64,000 nt of DNA from Lama guanicoe. Lineage: Eukaryota. This document shows positions 52,736-64,000 of the stretch, piece after piece. The position numbers and the translations under genes are program-made. The notes under the pieces were generated by a model. The model was given only the letters and a program-made list of their open reading frames with translations, did no database searches and was not told where the DNA came from. Position 1 is the stretch's first letter. Every line of letters starts with the position of its first letter. The stretch covers positions 7,475,367 to 7,539,366 of the forward strand of contig MU054220.1 in the NCBI GenBank assembly GCA_013239625.1, written 5' to 3'.

Positions 52736-52929
52736 GAGTGGTGTGCTGGAGACGGCACTGGCTCTGAGGAGCCTAACAGTTGCATCTTTTCTCAATTTTG
52801 CATTCAGATCTGCAGTGCTGGTAACTAGAAAATCAGCCATGATGCGAATATTTACATCACAATAATAAGTATAAACTAAAAATGATGACTTTTAATTTTT
52901 TGAAGAGCCAATTTACTGGTACATCACTT
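52736..52929. mobile_element. MER63-type hAT (Blackjack) MITE
   Basis: Ends agtggtgtgctgg... / ...ctggtacatcact form a degenerate TIR. Internal gaaaatcagccatg..gaatatttacatcac. Confidence 0.75.
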
Positions 52930-52959
52930 CATACATGTGACTAAAACACACATTGCTTA

Positions 52960-54270
52960 ATTTTGCTTGTTTTTGAGCTTTCGAAATGGTCTTGGACTTT
53001 TTTTTTCTCTAAATATGTTTCTTAGAGTTATCTGTATTGTTGCTTCTAGCAGGGTAATTCACCCGTCTACTGATGTATTATGTCTACATGTGAATATTTC
53101 ATTTGTTCATTCCCTTACTAATGAACCTTTGTGTTGCTTCCAGTTCATGTGATTACAAACATATATTGTGTATCTGTAAACCCCCATGCACATTTTTATA
53201 AAATGCTAGTTTAAACCTTTTCCATTTTTCTACTGAGTCTTCTTTATTTTAAATTGATTTGTGGGATACGTACACATATATTAAAGATATGTGAAATATA
53301 TACACATATATGTGCATGTATATGAATGTAGGTTTTATATATATGTATTATGTGGGTGACCGTGTGTGTGTTTGTGTGTGTGTAGGCTTTGATTTGTATT
53401 TGTCGCAAACCATTTCTCCCACTTTGTGGTTTGCATTTTCATTCTCTTAGCAGAGGTCTCTTGATGAACTCAAGCTTTTAATTTTAATGTAGCTCAGCTT
53501 ACCATCTTCTTTAATTAAGTTTAAAATTCTCTTTGTACGTATTTTTTAAAAAGGGCTTTGCCTATCCTGAAGTCAAAAACATATTTTACTAAATAACCTC
53601 CTAAAATACATATTATGTTTCACACTGATATTATTTTCCACTCTTTTAGAAAACCTTCCACAAGTTAATTTTTCAAAAAATCCAAAGGAAGATTAAGTCC
53701 CATTTTTCCCCAGGTGGGTAATTTTCCATCAACCTTTGTTGAGAACACCGTTACTTCTCTACCATTCTGCAGTAATATATTCAAGGGTCTACTCATATGT
53801 GAGTTTGTATTTGAGCCTTAGTTCTGTGGCTCTTTTGTCTGTCTCTTTATTCTTTAACTAATGCATCTTGTCATATTTATTGTAGCTTTATAATTAGCCT
53901 TGACATTCAGTGAGGCAAGTCTTCTCATCTTACCCTTTTAAAAGAAACATTTGGCTCTTGTTGGCCACTTAGAGTCCAGTATAAATTTTAGATGTATCTT
54001 GTCAAATTCCCCCAAATTCCTATTGGATTTTGATTAAAATTGAACTGAATCTAAATTTGGGGGGAAGTGTCACATTGAAAATATTATCTTCCAACTGATA
54101 AATCTGATAAATCTTGCATTTTATAAAACTGTCAGCATTATGGGTTTCTGTGAAGAAGTTTTTCACGGCATTTGTTAAATTTATTCCCAGGCTCGTGGTG
54201 TTTTTGTACTATTATGAATAGTATATATTTTTTACATTTATTTTACATTTATTGTTAACACATAGCATGA
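52960..54270 (-). mobile_element. Old L1ME-like fragment
   Basis: ttcccactttgtggtttgcattttcattctctt, ttgatgaactcaagcttttaattttaatgtag, ttggattttgattaaaattgaactgaat. Confidence 0.7.
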
Positions 54271-55584
54271 AATTGTATTTTTTCAGAAATGTGCTTCATA
54301 TTATCCCCAAACAAAAACAAATATATAGAACATTATAACTCCTGTGAATTCCTAAAGAGAACTATATGTTAGAGATTAACAAAATGATTTTTTCAAATTA
54401 TTTTTTAATTCATTGCAAGTTATTTTCTTTTTTTTAACAGATAATCAGATTCCAGGACTATTGCTTAAGGAGTGTGATAGGCAAGAGAAATTAACAGTGC
54501 TATGCTATACAGAACATTTGTCTTATGTAGTATCCATTTATATGCAATAAAGCTAAAAGAATTTCAAGAAAATAACTTCTCTTGTTTTACTATTCTTTTA
54601 AAAACCTACCAGTTTTCACAGGATTTTCAATCAAACAATTCAGTCAGTGTGTATGTGCTATGTTTTGAGGGGAGAAAGACTAGAAGCGAGTATGTTGTGA
54701 AGAAAATATTTAAGTGTTACTACTTGTACATAAAACTCGAGATGCTTATAAGACATTAAAGAGGAGATTTCAAGAAGCTTGAAGCACAGAGAAGTCTTGG
54801 CAAGGGGTAAGAATTTGAGTTATTGGCATACGGGTGGCACTAAAATCCATGGGCATGGATGAGCTCACTGGAAATAAACATCATTTTCATCAGTCCATTC
54901 ACATATTTCCTTACCTCATCGTCCGTGTTTTCACACGGTGCATGCACCTGTCATTCACTAATGCTCATCCCAGTTCATGTAGGTGCCTAATTGCTAATTA
55001 TCACTGAATTTAACAAAATTACTAGGGGACAGCTACAAAGCAAGTTCAGTTAAAAAACATTTGCTGAAATCTCGGAGCTGTAATAAACATCACATGCTTA
55101 CTGGTGTACTAATAAAGGTCTAGTTTTACTAAAATAATTTAATTTTCCTTCTCCAGAAAGAGTTTAATAAACATTTGAATTAAATTGGTGGCTTAAAATA
55201 CTCAGTGTAATCAGGACTGTGATAGGAAATGTAATTGTGACTCTCAGGAGTAAAGTGAATCGTGATCAGTGATCCGCGATCAGGAAGAAAACATAATGTA
55301 TAGAGAGAAGGTGAGAGATCCCTGGTGCTGGAGTTAGTGTTCAAGAATCAAGATTTACAGTGCATTCATCTTGATGCCACTTTCTTCTCTTACTTTCTTC
55401 CAGATGCATAAATGAATGGCATAGGAGATGAGTGAAAGGCGCTGATGGTTTTCCTTCCATTCCTTTGGAAAGGAAAAACCATTTTGTAAATAAAATTTCC
55501 CAGATTCAACTCCATGTTGAACAAGATTTTCATTGCTACTGAAGAGGAGTTTACAGACTGCTGTCCAACTGGTAGGTGAGATAT

Positions 55585-56205
55585 TTTACCCCAACCAAAC
55601 TTGCCCACTTGCAATGAAACTGACTGACACCAGGTTGTGGTGGAGGAAATTACAATATTTACTGCAAAGCAGCAAACTTGGGGCCAAGCAAGGAGAATGG
55701 GCAGCTCATGCTCAAAAGATCTGAACTCCCTGATGGTTTTCAGGGAAGGGTTTTAATGGCAAGGTGGGTGAGAGGGCCGCAGGGTGCCTGATTAACTTGT
55801 GAACGGTCTTCTGATTGCTTGGTAGTGAGGTAACCAGGTGGTGTTTCAGGAATCAGCATCATCAGACCTCTGGTTCCAACCAGGATGGGGTCTACGCGCC
55901 GGTTGTCAGCCGGCAGTTCACTTCTTTTAGTATCTGCAAAACAACTCAGAGAGGGGGCTCGAGATATACCTACAGTCCTTGGGGAGAAACGGAAGCGCCT
56001 TGACTTTGTTTTGTAGCTAAACTGTTGTTTAGTTTGTCTTAACTGTTTTCCTTTATTTCTGCATTTTCTCACTTCTCCGATTAAATTTTCTCTCTGGAAC
56101 TTGGGGGAGGTCTAGGAAGCTAAAGTTTTTCTATAAACAACAGGCAGGCAGGGGACCCCAGGAGTCTGTCCCTGGGAAGGCCCCACAGGGTCCTACTCGG
56201 TTTCA
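55585..56205 (-). mobile_element. ERV1 solo LTR (MER41-like, artiodactyl type)
   Basis: GC-richer ~620 bp block. The minus strand begins tgaaaccgagtaggaccctgtggggccttccc. Flanked by a 4-bp TSD atat at 55581-84 and 56206-09. Confidence 0.8.
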
Positions 56206-56554
56206 ATATCGCATGCCTGACACTAAAGATTTAGCATAATCAAGACACCCTAATTTTTGATGCAGGAAAATTTGCAGTGTGGAGGTTTGAATTAGATTGG
56301 CAAGACATGCATCCTGCTTGTCACAGATGTTACAGGCTGTGCATGGGTGTGTCAGATTGCACTGGACTTCTTGAAAAGTCTTGAAAAATTTGGAGATGCA
56401 CACTCCAAAGAGATCCTTTAGGCTTCTTTTTGGGAATGCTTGAGGACAGAAGGCATTTTAGGAGAGAAACAAGGGAACTACAGAATGGGATGGACTGTGC
56501 TAGGGAGAGTTGCTGGATAAATACTCTTCATAATGAGAAGACTCTACATTGTGG

Positions 56555-56760
56555 GCGATTCATTTATTGAGGGCTTCCTCGATGTTAATTACCATGTGTT
56601 AACTGCCATGCTTTATCTCGTATAACCACTTCAATAACTCGATAAAGTAGGTAATAATTCAATTTAATTTAGAAATTTGAAAACTAAGGCTCAAAAAAAA
56701 CACACATTTTTAAAATAATTAAGCTTGAACTTGAACCTAGGCTTAATCCAAAGCCTACAT
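56555..56760 (-). mobile_element. MIR SINE
   Basis: catttattgagggctt...aagtaggtaata...gaaaactaaggctca...cttgaacctaggc. Confidence 0.65.
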
Positions 56761-56869
56761 TTTATATGCACATTTATATGTAGAGAGTATACCTTTTAAC
56801 CATTGTATATTCTGATAAAATTGATATTTTGGCAAGTCTAGAGTAGAAGGTATGTAGAGAATTTGGTTA

Positions 56870-57395
56870 CCTTTTTTTTTAAATCTCTCATCCATTGAAG
56901 ACCCTTTACCTATATGACAAAAAGGAGGTTATTCAACTAGGTCTAACTTAGTCGCACTAGTCCTTAAACCCTGAGGCAGAAGGGGAAGTCAGGAAGATGT
57001 AAAGTGGGAAAGGAACTTGCACATTGCTAGGTCTGAAGATAAAAAGAGCAACGTTAGAAGAAATAGACTTCGCATTAAGAAGCAGAGGACAGCCCCGCCC
57101 CCACCTCTCTGCTCTCAACCGCTAGCAAGTAAGGAAATGGGGACCTTAGTCCAACTGATGCAAGGAACTGCATTCTGCCAATAACATAAATGAATATGGA
57201 CGACGATTCTTCTCCAGATGCTCGAGAAAGATCTAGCCCATCTGATCCTTTGAATTTGACCTGGTGAGACTGAGCAGAGGACCCTGGTGAGCCTGCTTGG
57301 ATTTCTGGCCTGCAGAAGCTGTGTGACAATAAATGGATGTTGTTCTAAGCTGCAAAGTCTGTGATGACTTGCATACCGTATAGGAAACGGGCACA
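56870..57395 (+). mobile_element. MLT1D/E/F-type MaLR solo LTR
   Basis: gcaaggaactgcattctgccaataac, gattcttctccaga, aataaatggatgttgttctaagc. Confidence 0.8.
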
Positions 57396-57924
57396 GTGAG
57401 AGAACAGTCAGTACACAGCACCCTCATTTCCTTGTATGCGATGATCAGATGCGGCAATTGTAAAGCTTTCTCTTTGGAACCTGGGGTAGGATGGGTTCTC
57501 AAGAGACTTGCAGTTTTATACAATAAAGGTGGCAAAATAAAGTTTTATTTTTTATGCTTGGAATGGTCCTCAGTGTTTATACCAATTTGAAATTCTGTTT
57601 GCAACATCTAAATGAGAACATCCTTAGCTGACAAGTGTGACATTTCTATTGAGTGTGGTTAGAATTGCTGGGTGGGGACTAAAGCTGACACCTTCAACTC
57701 TTAGTTTTAAAATCCATTGAGAAAACAGACATATGTTAAAACTGTAAAAATACCTCCCTTTGAAAGTGGGCATTGCCCAGTAAGTAAAATTGAATAATAA
57801 GAAATATTGTCATAAAAAGAAAAAAACTAGGCAGTTGTCCAGTTTTGGGCCAAACACATTGAATATCTGATTTTAAAAATTAAGTGATCCGTGTCTAAGT
57901 CTCCACGAAGTAGTGTAGATCCAA

Positions 57925-57967
57925 GCGTGCGCGCGCACGCGCGCGCGCACACACACACACACGTGCA
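57925..57967. repeat. Compound (GC)n(CA)n alternating purine-pyrimidine tract
   Basis: gcgtgcgcgcgcacgcgcgcgcgcacacacacacacacgtgca. Confidence 0.95.
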
Positions 57968-59049
57968 AATTGAAGTATTTTAAGCTAACTGTCCTTTTTA
58001 CAAATATGTATATGGTGTTTAATCTTGATATGTTCTTAGTGAAATGCTAAAGTAAGAAGAAAGAAAGATTTGCCTGAGTGGTTTACTTCAATAAAATTAA
58101 AATGGATTTCATATGAATGCTAATATCGCCCAATGACCTCCCTGTTGATTCCCTGCATCAAAGATGCTCCAGAAATGCATATTGGCAAGGGACCTCCAAT
58201 TAGATGAGTAGTAAATAAACTCAAGTGAAAATGTTGGTTTTTATCATGGATGAGCCCTAGAAATTATGACGATAAAAAACTTCTCTTTAATGACACCAGT
58301 TCATCTCTTGTAGGCATGCATTATCGACGAGTCTCTTCTTCATCTTTTTTGCTCCATAAACTTTTGCACCCTGTGTAGCCTAGAGACGTCCATGGGAGGA
58401 GGATTCGAAAACCTGAAAACTGAGGCCCAGACTATTCCAGGTATGGCTCAGGAGCATCAGTTACTCTCATATTCATAATAAACACACTCAATTCAAGAAG
58501 GGTTCATTTACTCTGCCTGCTTTCCAAGAGGACTCCGCTTTGGGACTAGAGAAGGGAAAAAGGGGAAATAGGCTTTTTCCTCAATTTTGTTAAAAAAAAA
58601 AAGTGTGACTGTGAGCAAGCTTGAAAGTTTTCAATAAACTAATCTAAAAATAATTCACATTTATTTAGCCTTTGCTCCCTGGATATCCACTAGGTGTTAA
58701 AGACTGCCCAGTTATCTCTGCATCTTCAACATGAAGCACAGAGATGGTAAATAATAATATTTATGATCATAGTAATCAATGCCACTTCCATTGTTAGTAT
58801 GTTTTGGGCATATACAGAACATACTTTACCCTCTTCAGTCTTGACTACGACTCTGTAATAAATGCTAGTCTTAAACTTTGATGTTGAGTTTTATAGAGGA
58901 TAAATGTCTTGCCCAAGACAAGAAAGTGAGTATATTTCAGAGCTCGGATACTTAATAAATTTGGTGAATGTCTGAAAATTGATCTAGTCTCTGTAGGAGT
59001 CTTCTACTGAACTCCATTATGCTTGAAATATCATTGGAATCTGCGGTAT

Positions 59050-59054
<5 letters not shown>

Positions 59055-59080
<26 letters not shown>
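59055..59080. repeat. (TG)13 microsatellite
   Basis: Directly visible. Confidence 0.95.
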
Positions 59081-59614
59081 AAATGTGCACATTTTCAAAG
59101 GAAGAGAAGTCAGCTGGGTTTGGGAGTTGACCTCAGGAGGAAAGGCTGACATCATGTCGTAGCAGACAACATCCATCTCTAGAATTCAGTTTCCATGAGC
59201 CTTTTCCCCACCACAAAGGCGTGAAACCTAGAGGAGGGAGGAAAGTGCCTGATGCCATCAAAGGCCAGAGAAGACTGACCCTCTGCCTGGAGACATCTGC
59301 TGCAAGTGAACATTGTGGGGAAGCTGACTGTGTACGTTTATCTGTTATTAAAACATGCTGTGATGGACATCGAGATACACACATATGTATATATATAAAG
59401 CAGATAAACAATGTCATTAAATTCTTATTATTTTTCCCTATGTTAATCTTTTATTACTAGGGCCCAGGAGAACACTTTTATACACTTTTATATAAGTTTT
59501 CCAATCATCTCTCCTTCCTTTATCTACTGAATTGTTGGTTGCTTGACTCCTACTCCTTTGATGAATAAAAATATTTCTTTTTACTTTACATCAATTGCCA
59601 TTCTGCTTTTACTT

Positions 59615-59884
59615 TGGGAAGTGATTAAGCCATGAGGAAGAAGTCCTTATGAATGGGATTTGTGCCTTTGTGAGAGTGATCACACAGAACTCTCTCACTC
59701 TTCTTGACATATGAGGACACAAGAAGGCTACTGTCTATGTACCAGGGAGCCAGCCCCACCAGATGACAATCGGCTGGCACCTTGATCTTGGACTTCCCAG
59801 CCTCCAGAACAATAATAAATGTCTGTTGTTTAAGTTACCTAGCATATGGTATTTTTATTACACTAGCCGGAACAGACTAAGACA
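59615..59884 (+). mobile_element. MLT1A-type MaLR LTR (5'-truncated)
   Basis: atgaatgggatttgtgcc, gctggcaccttgatcttggacttcccagcctccagaac, aataaatgtctgttgtttaag, ending gactaagaca. Confidence 0.9.
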
Positions 59885-60239
59885 AAGTTGTTACTTTTTA
59901 AAATTTAGCAAGACAGTTGGAACGTTAAACTTAAAATCATGCAGCACTTCTGATGGAAATAAGTTTAGGTTACTGAAGACAAACCACAGTAGGATTGAAA
60001 ATGCACCCGAAAAATGTATGTTTCCAGGAGATATCAATTTTGCAAGAGGAGGAAAAAAGTGTAAGATTGTTTCCTTGAGGGTTTCTTCTTTCTAAGTTAT
60101 GACCCACAAGTTTATGAATATGTTACTCTTCTTGTTAAACTTTAAAAGATTAGAGCTAAGTAAACACTAGCAAGGATATATATTTATTGTGGTAATACTG
60201 GTGTGTAAGTGTGCCTTTATTAATAAAAATGCCTAGGTT

Positions 60240-60430
60240 TCTGCTACATTTTCAGTGTGCTTAGATCCATTACCCATTATTAAACAAGACAATACCATGA
60301 GACTAACAGATGGGGAAATTCTGCTCAGCATAGATAGAAGTTCACCAAGGTCATATTATTTTGTCTTCTTGACAGTAGAGTTGATTTCAAAGCAAAGATT
60401 TCTGACTCCTTTTCCAATGCTTTCACTACG
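60240..60430 (-). mobile_element. MIR SINE
   Basis: acagatggggaaatt..gctcag...ccaaggtcata...gacagtagagttgatttcaaa..tctgactcc. Confidence 0.55.
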
Positions 60431-62359
60431 TTTTTTACTTATGCCACTGCTGAACTCACAATGACAGACAAATTATCAGAGGAAACAGAAAGGGTCCCTA
60501 AAGCAAATTAAGAAACAAGAGATTATAATACAAAGCATTAAAAGATGTGTCAAATTAAAATTTTCTGTTTGTTTAATTTCTTACATAAAAAACTTATTGA
60601 ATTTTATATCAGTAAAAAAATGCTTAAACACCACAAATATACTTTAATGTTTTTAATTAAAAAGATTTTTATTTTTTTGAATAGCAAAGAAGTGATACAA
60701 AATATCCCATGAAGTGTCATATACTTAATTAAAAAGAAAATAATTTAAACTAGCAATTTTGTTTATTGAATACAATTTAAATGTATATTATTGAACTTTC
60801 ATGAACAATTTGGAAACTATATTATATGTTTATAATTCATAAAATGTAATAGTGCATCTGTAGCTTTGTGCTGATTGGCATATATTTGAACTTTCTAATA
60901 ATTCCCTTATTTGTTCCAATGTAAAACGGGACAATGTCCTCCAGAAACTACCTGCCTTTCAGAATTTCCAGAAAACTTTCTCTCTCTGTGTGTAGCTTCT
61001 TCATGCTCTGAAGAAGCGTCTGTCAATTGCAGTTGAACTTGAAGTAGGTGGAGTATATGCTTTCTTTTTGATTTGGTATATTACAAGGAGCAGACTAAAT
61101 TGCAATGAGTTGGAACTTGGAACTAGAGCCATAAGTAAGACTTGTTTTGAGTTAGTTTATAATTGTTCCCAAATTCAGATATAACTGTCCAGTATCACGC
61201 ATAATAAATCCTCTGGTTTACTAATTCCAGATAGAATTAGTAAGAGGACTCCCTAGCAACTTATCAACAATTTCTCTACATGTAACTTAATCTAATATTC
61301 TTGGCATTGCAAGAAGCTTAAAGAAATGTAATACAGAAACTCAGCTCCAAAGTTTATCCTTTCTGGGCGAAGACAAGTTTTTAAGTATATGCACAGCAGT
61401 GTGAATTAAACTACAGCTCTCCCACAACTCAGGCCACGACAATTTGCCCAGTGAATGGAAGGGATAACAAAACCTACAAGTAGAGACATTTCTAAGATAT
61501 AAAGCACCTTTTATTAAGTTCTATCCCTAAACCAAATCATAAAATAAGATAAAAGAGTTTCTATTTAACCAGGTGAAATCTGAAAAGCCACTCCCTAGTA
61601 CTTAGCACGGTGATTTGAAACTAGAAAGTTTTGGATAAATATAATTCAAACAGATACAAATAAAGCAATACGCCACCTGCACATGGAAAGACCTAACCTA
61701 GTCCTGGCGGCTGGAGGCAGGGTCACGACCTAGGCTTACATCATAACTTCACAACGTCACTGAAATTAACCCTGTTTCGTTGATGCGGTAAGTAGGGTTG
61801 CGGAAGCCTTGTTTCTTCACCCTCCCCCAGATAGGAAACCAAAATAAGGACCCAGGAAATTTAGACTTGAACATTCATGCTCATTCTACTGAGCCAGTCA
61901 ACGTTGTTACCAAACATCCTTGTGTAAATGTGTAGATGTCATCCTGCTGTTTTTTAGAAGCTCTGATAATACCTACACTGAATGTTTCTTTAAAGCCTAG
62001 CCACACAGCCTTAGATAGGGACCCCTTGCAGAGAGAGAATTTCAGATTATCCCTCTGATTTTTAAAAAGCTAAGACAGGAACAATGAAAGCTAGAAAGCT
62101 TTCCCTATTTGAGACCAATCCTTTTTTCTAAGCCATTTTTCAGAAAACACTTTCCAAAGAAATTAGTTAAGCTGATGTATTCTCTTGACAACATGTTTAA
62201 GTAGCACCTGATAACATACGGATATTATGCATTAATATTATTAAAAGGAGGAAACACGTGGAGACTTGATTGCCTACCTCCTGCATCACGGGGCACCTGG
62301 GGATCTGAATGTTGGTACAGATCTGGCCTCCGTTCCTTGGTCCTGCCTGCACACTTCGC

Positions 62360-62512
62360 TTCATTTCCTCCTTTCCTTTCCACTCTTTTTTTCTCTCCCT
62401 CACTCATTTTTCTCTTACACCTTCTTTCCCTTTTGCCTGCCTTCTCCTCCTCTCTCTTTCTTGCTCCCTTTCACCATTCTCTCTCCTTTTTTCTCCCCTT
62501 CTTTCTTTTAAG
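62360..62512. repeat. CT-rich low-complexity (polypyrimidine) tract
   Basis: Almost entirely C/T over about 150 bp. It explains the stacked F/S/L-rich ORFs here. Confidence 0.85.
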
Positions 62513-63814
62513 TGACAGCGTCTCTTTTTTTGATTCTACCCAGTAAAAAACGAAAAAAAATTGTCTTTCCCAAGCTGTTTTTTCCTCTGCTGTTCCTATT
62601 TATCACTTGGATCACTTTTTAAATGCATGAATTTATGGGTTTGTTTGTTTGTTCATACTACTGAGTTCAATATATGGCAAAGCAAACATTATAAATCAGC
62701 AATGAGGAGATTGAGCACCAATACTCGCTAGAAAAGCTGCCTGGAAAATAATCAGCTTAGGTCTTCATCTTTGTAACATTCACTCACCTATTGGTTGTCT
62801 CCCAGCCCCCAATATTTCCTCTTCCCTGATAACTCCCCTTCCCGTGAATCTTGGATAGAAAATCTGATCCTCAGAGAATGGCCTGCCTGGGCCACTTTCA
62901 AATGCTCCTGTGGTGGAACAGTTGATGGAGACAGCTACATTCAAAGGAAAAGTTTCTGAAAAGGCAGATACGAAAAAGAACTTAGAGCAATCACTTTCTC
63001 GACTCTGGTTCAGCCAAAATGTGTTTTATGTTGCTGATTGTTCTACAGCAAAAACTGCCATCCATGAACAATGGTTTCCTTTCTTAGCACATTTAGAAAT
63101 TATGTAAATTAAAAGAGGAGACAAGAATATTCTGATGTACTTGAGTGTATCTCTGTGTAATGGCCACAGTTGATCTATTTATCTCTCCAAACTGTCAGTA
63201 TCAGAGGCTTCCAATGGAGATCCCAGATTGAAAAGGCAAATGAATCATAAATAAGCTTGCTCATCCTTTCTGCAAATGACTGTCTAGCTTTTTGCTTTAG
63301 CTTTATTTGAAAGATACATGTCTGGTAGAAGATAATATGGGACTTGGAAGGGAAAGTGAATAGAGAATACATCCATTTACAATGGTAAGAGAAACTTTAA
63401 TTATTGAGGCTTTTCAGTTTCACTTGGGATCTGACATATAGGATTATCTGTATTTAGATTTTGAGCTATCAAAATATCCAGGAAAATGGCACCGGAAGAA
63501 GACAGTGGCTTGAAATGTGAGTACATCCTTTAAGTCATCAAGTAAGTATTTCTGGTGTTGGCATCAAATTTTATCTGTTGTAAATGGAAGCATATTTTTG
63601 TTATGAGTTCAATCTTGCCAAATTTGTATCGCCAAATTGATTATTAAACAGATAAATATGCTGAGACCTATTCTGCAGCAGACAACATCAACATACTTGT
63701 GTAACATCCCCATCTCCCTTAAATATCCACATGTGCCATTCCTGAGATGCTGAAGCTAGATAGGGAGGACAGTCATCAACGATGTGTTTAGGGTGGCATA
63801 GTGAAAAGATAGAA

Positions 63815-63900
63815 AGCTCTAGGAACCTTTATGATCTCCTGAATTAACTTTGAAGTTGTTCAACCTCTGAATTTTAGTTGGGCAAGACCAGAAGGCTCAT
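63815..63900 (+). mobile_element. MIR core fragment
   Basis: actttgaagttgttcaacctctgaattttagtt. Confidence 0.35.
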
Positions 63901-64000
63901 GTTAAAAGATGATTTTTTTTCCTAGTTTCCTCTGAATCCATTGTATTCCTGTGGTCCCGAGGATACTTTTATTTTTGCAGCAGAAACATGAAAGAAATGG

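Noticed and set aside
50577..59495. Short 9-13 bp tandem duplications (e.g. ~50580, ~54095, ~59472)
   Set aside because: Ordinary slippage products with no shared motif.
62197..62546. Five overlapping ORFs
   Set aside because: Caused by a stop-poor CT-rich tract.
1..64000. Novel multi-gene biological system
   Set aside because: No intact coding genes, operon-like layout, RNA genes or arrays. Content is explained by known mammalian repeats and unique non-coding DNA.

Overview
AT-rich, CpG-depleted eutherian genomic DNA. I found no supportable protein-coding exon, RNA gene, CpG island or CRISPR-like array. A tRNA-derived SINE at 41635-41766 resembles the camelid Vic-1 family, which suggests a camel, llama or alpaca genome (inference). 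The window is a mosaic of decayed transposable elements. It holds L1, L2 and MIR fragments and MaLR (MLT1) and ERV1 solo LTRs. DNA transposons are well represented: a full-length Tigger1, a Tigger2a-type MITE, a Charlie1-type element, MER5A, MER63 and a ~1.35 kb fossil Charlie/Buster transposase resembling the SCAND3/ZBED9 type. Microsatellites and several repeat-free stretches that may be regulatory lie between them. The only ORFs with recognisable homology are L1 ORF2 and Tigger1 transposase fragments. Most L1 pieces are on the minus strand, which hints at an intron of a + strand gene. I see no evidence for a new biological system. The most unusual items are a perfect 128-bp tandem duplication, an L1-derived cryptic or recursive-splice-like exon, and the transposase fossil with an adjacent hairpin. 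Repeat family names come from my recollection of consensus sequences and need RepeatMasker/Dfam confirmation. Boundaries of old repeats are approximate.
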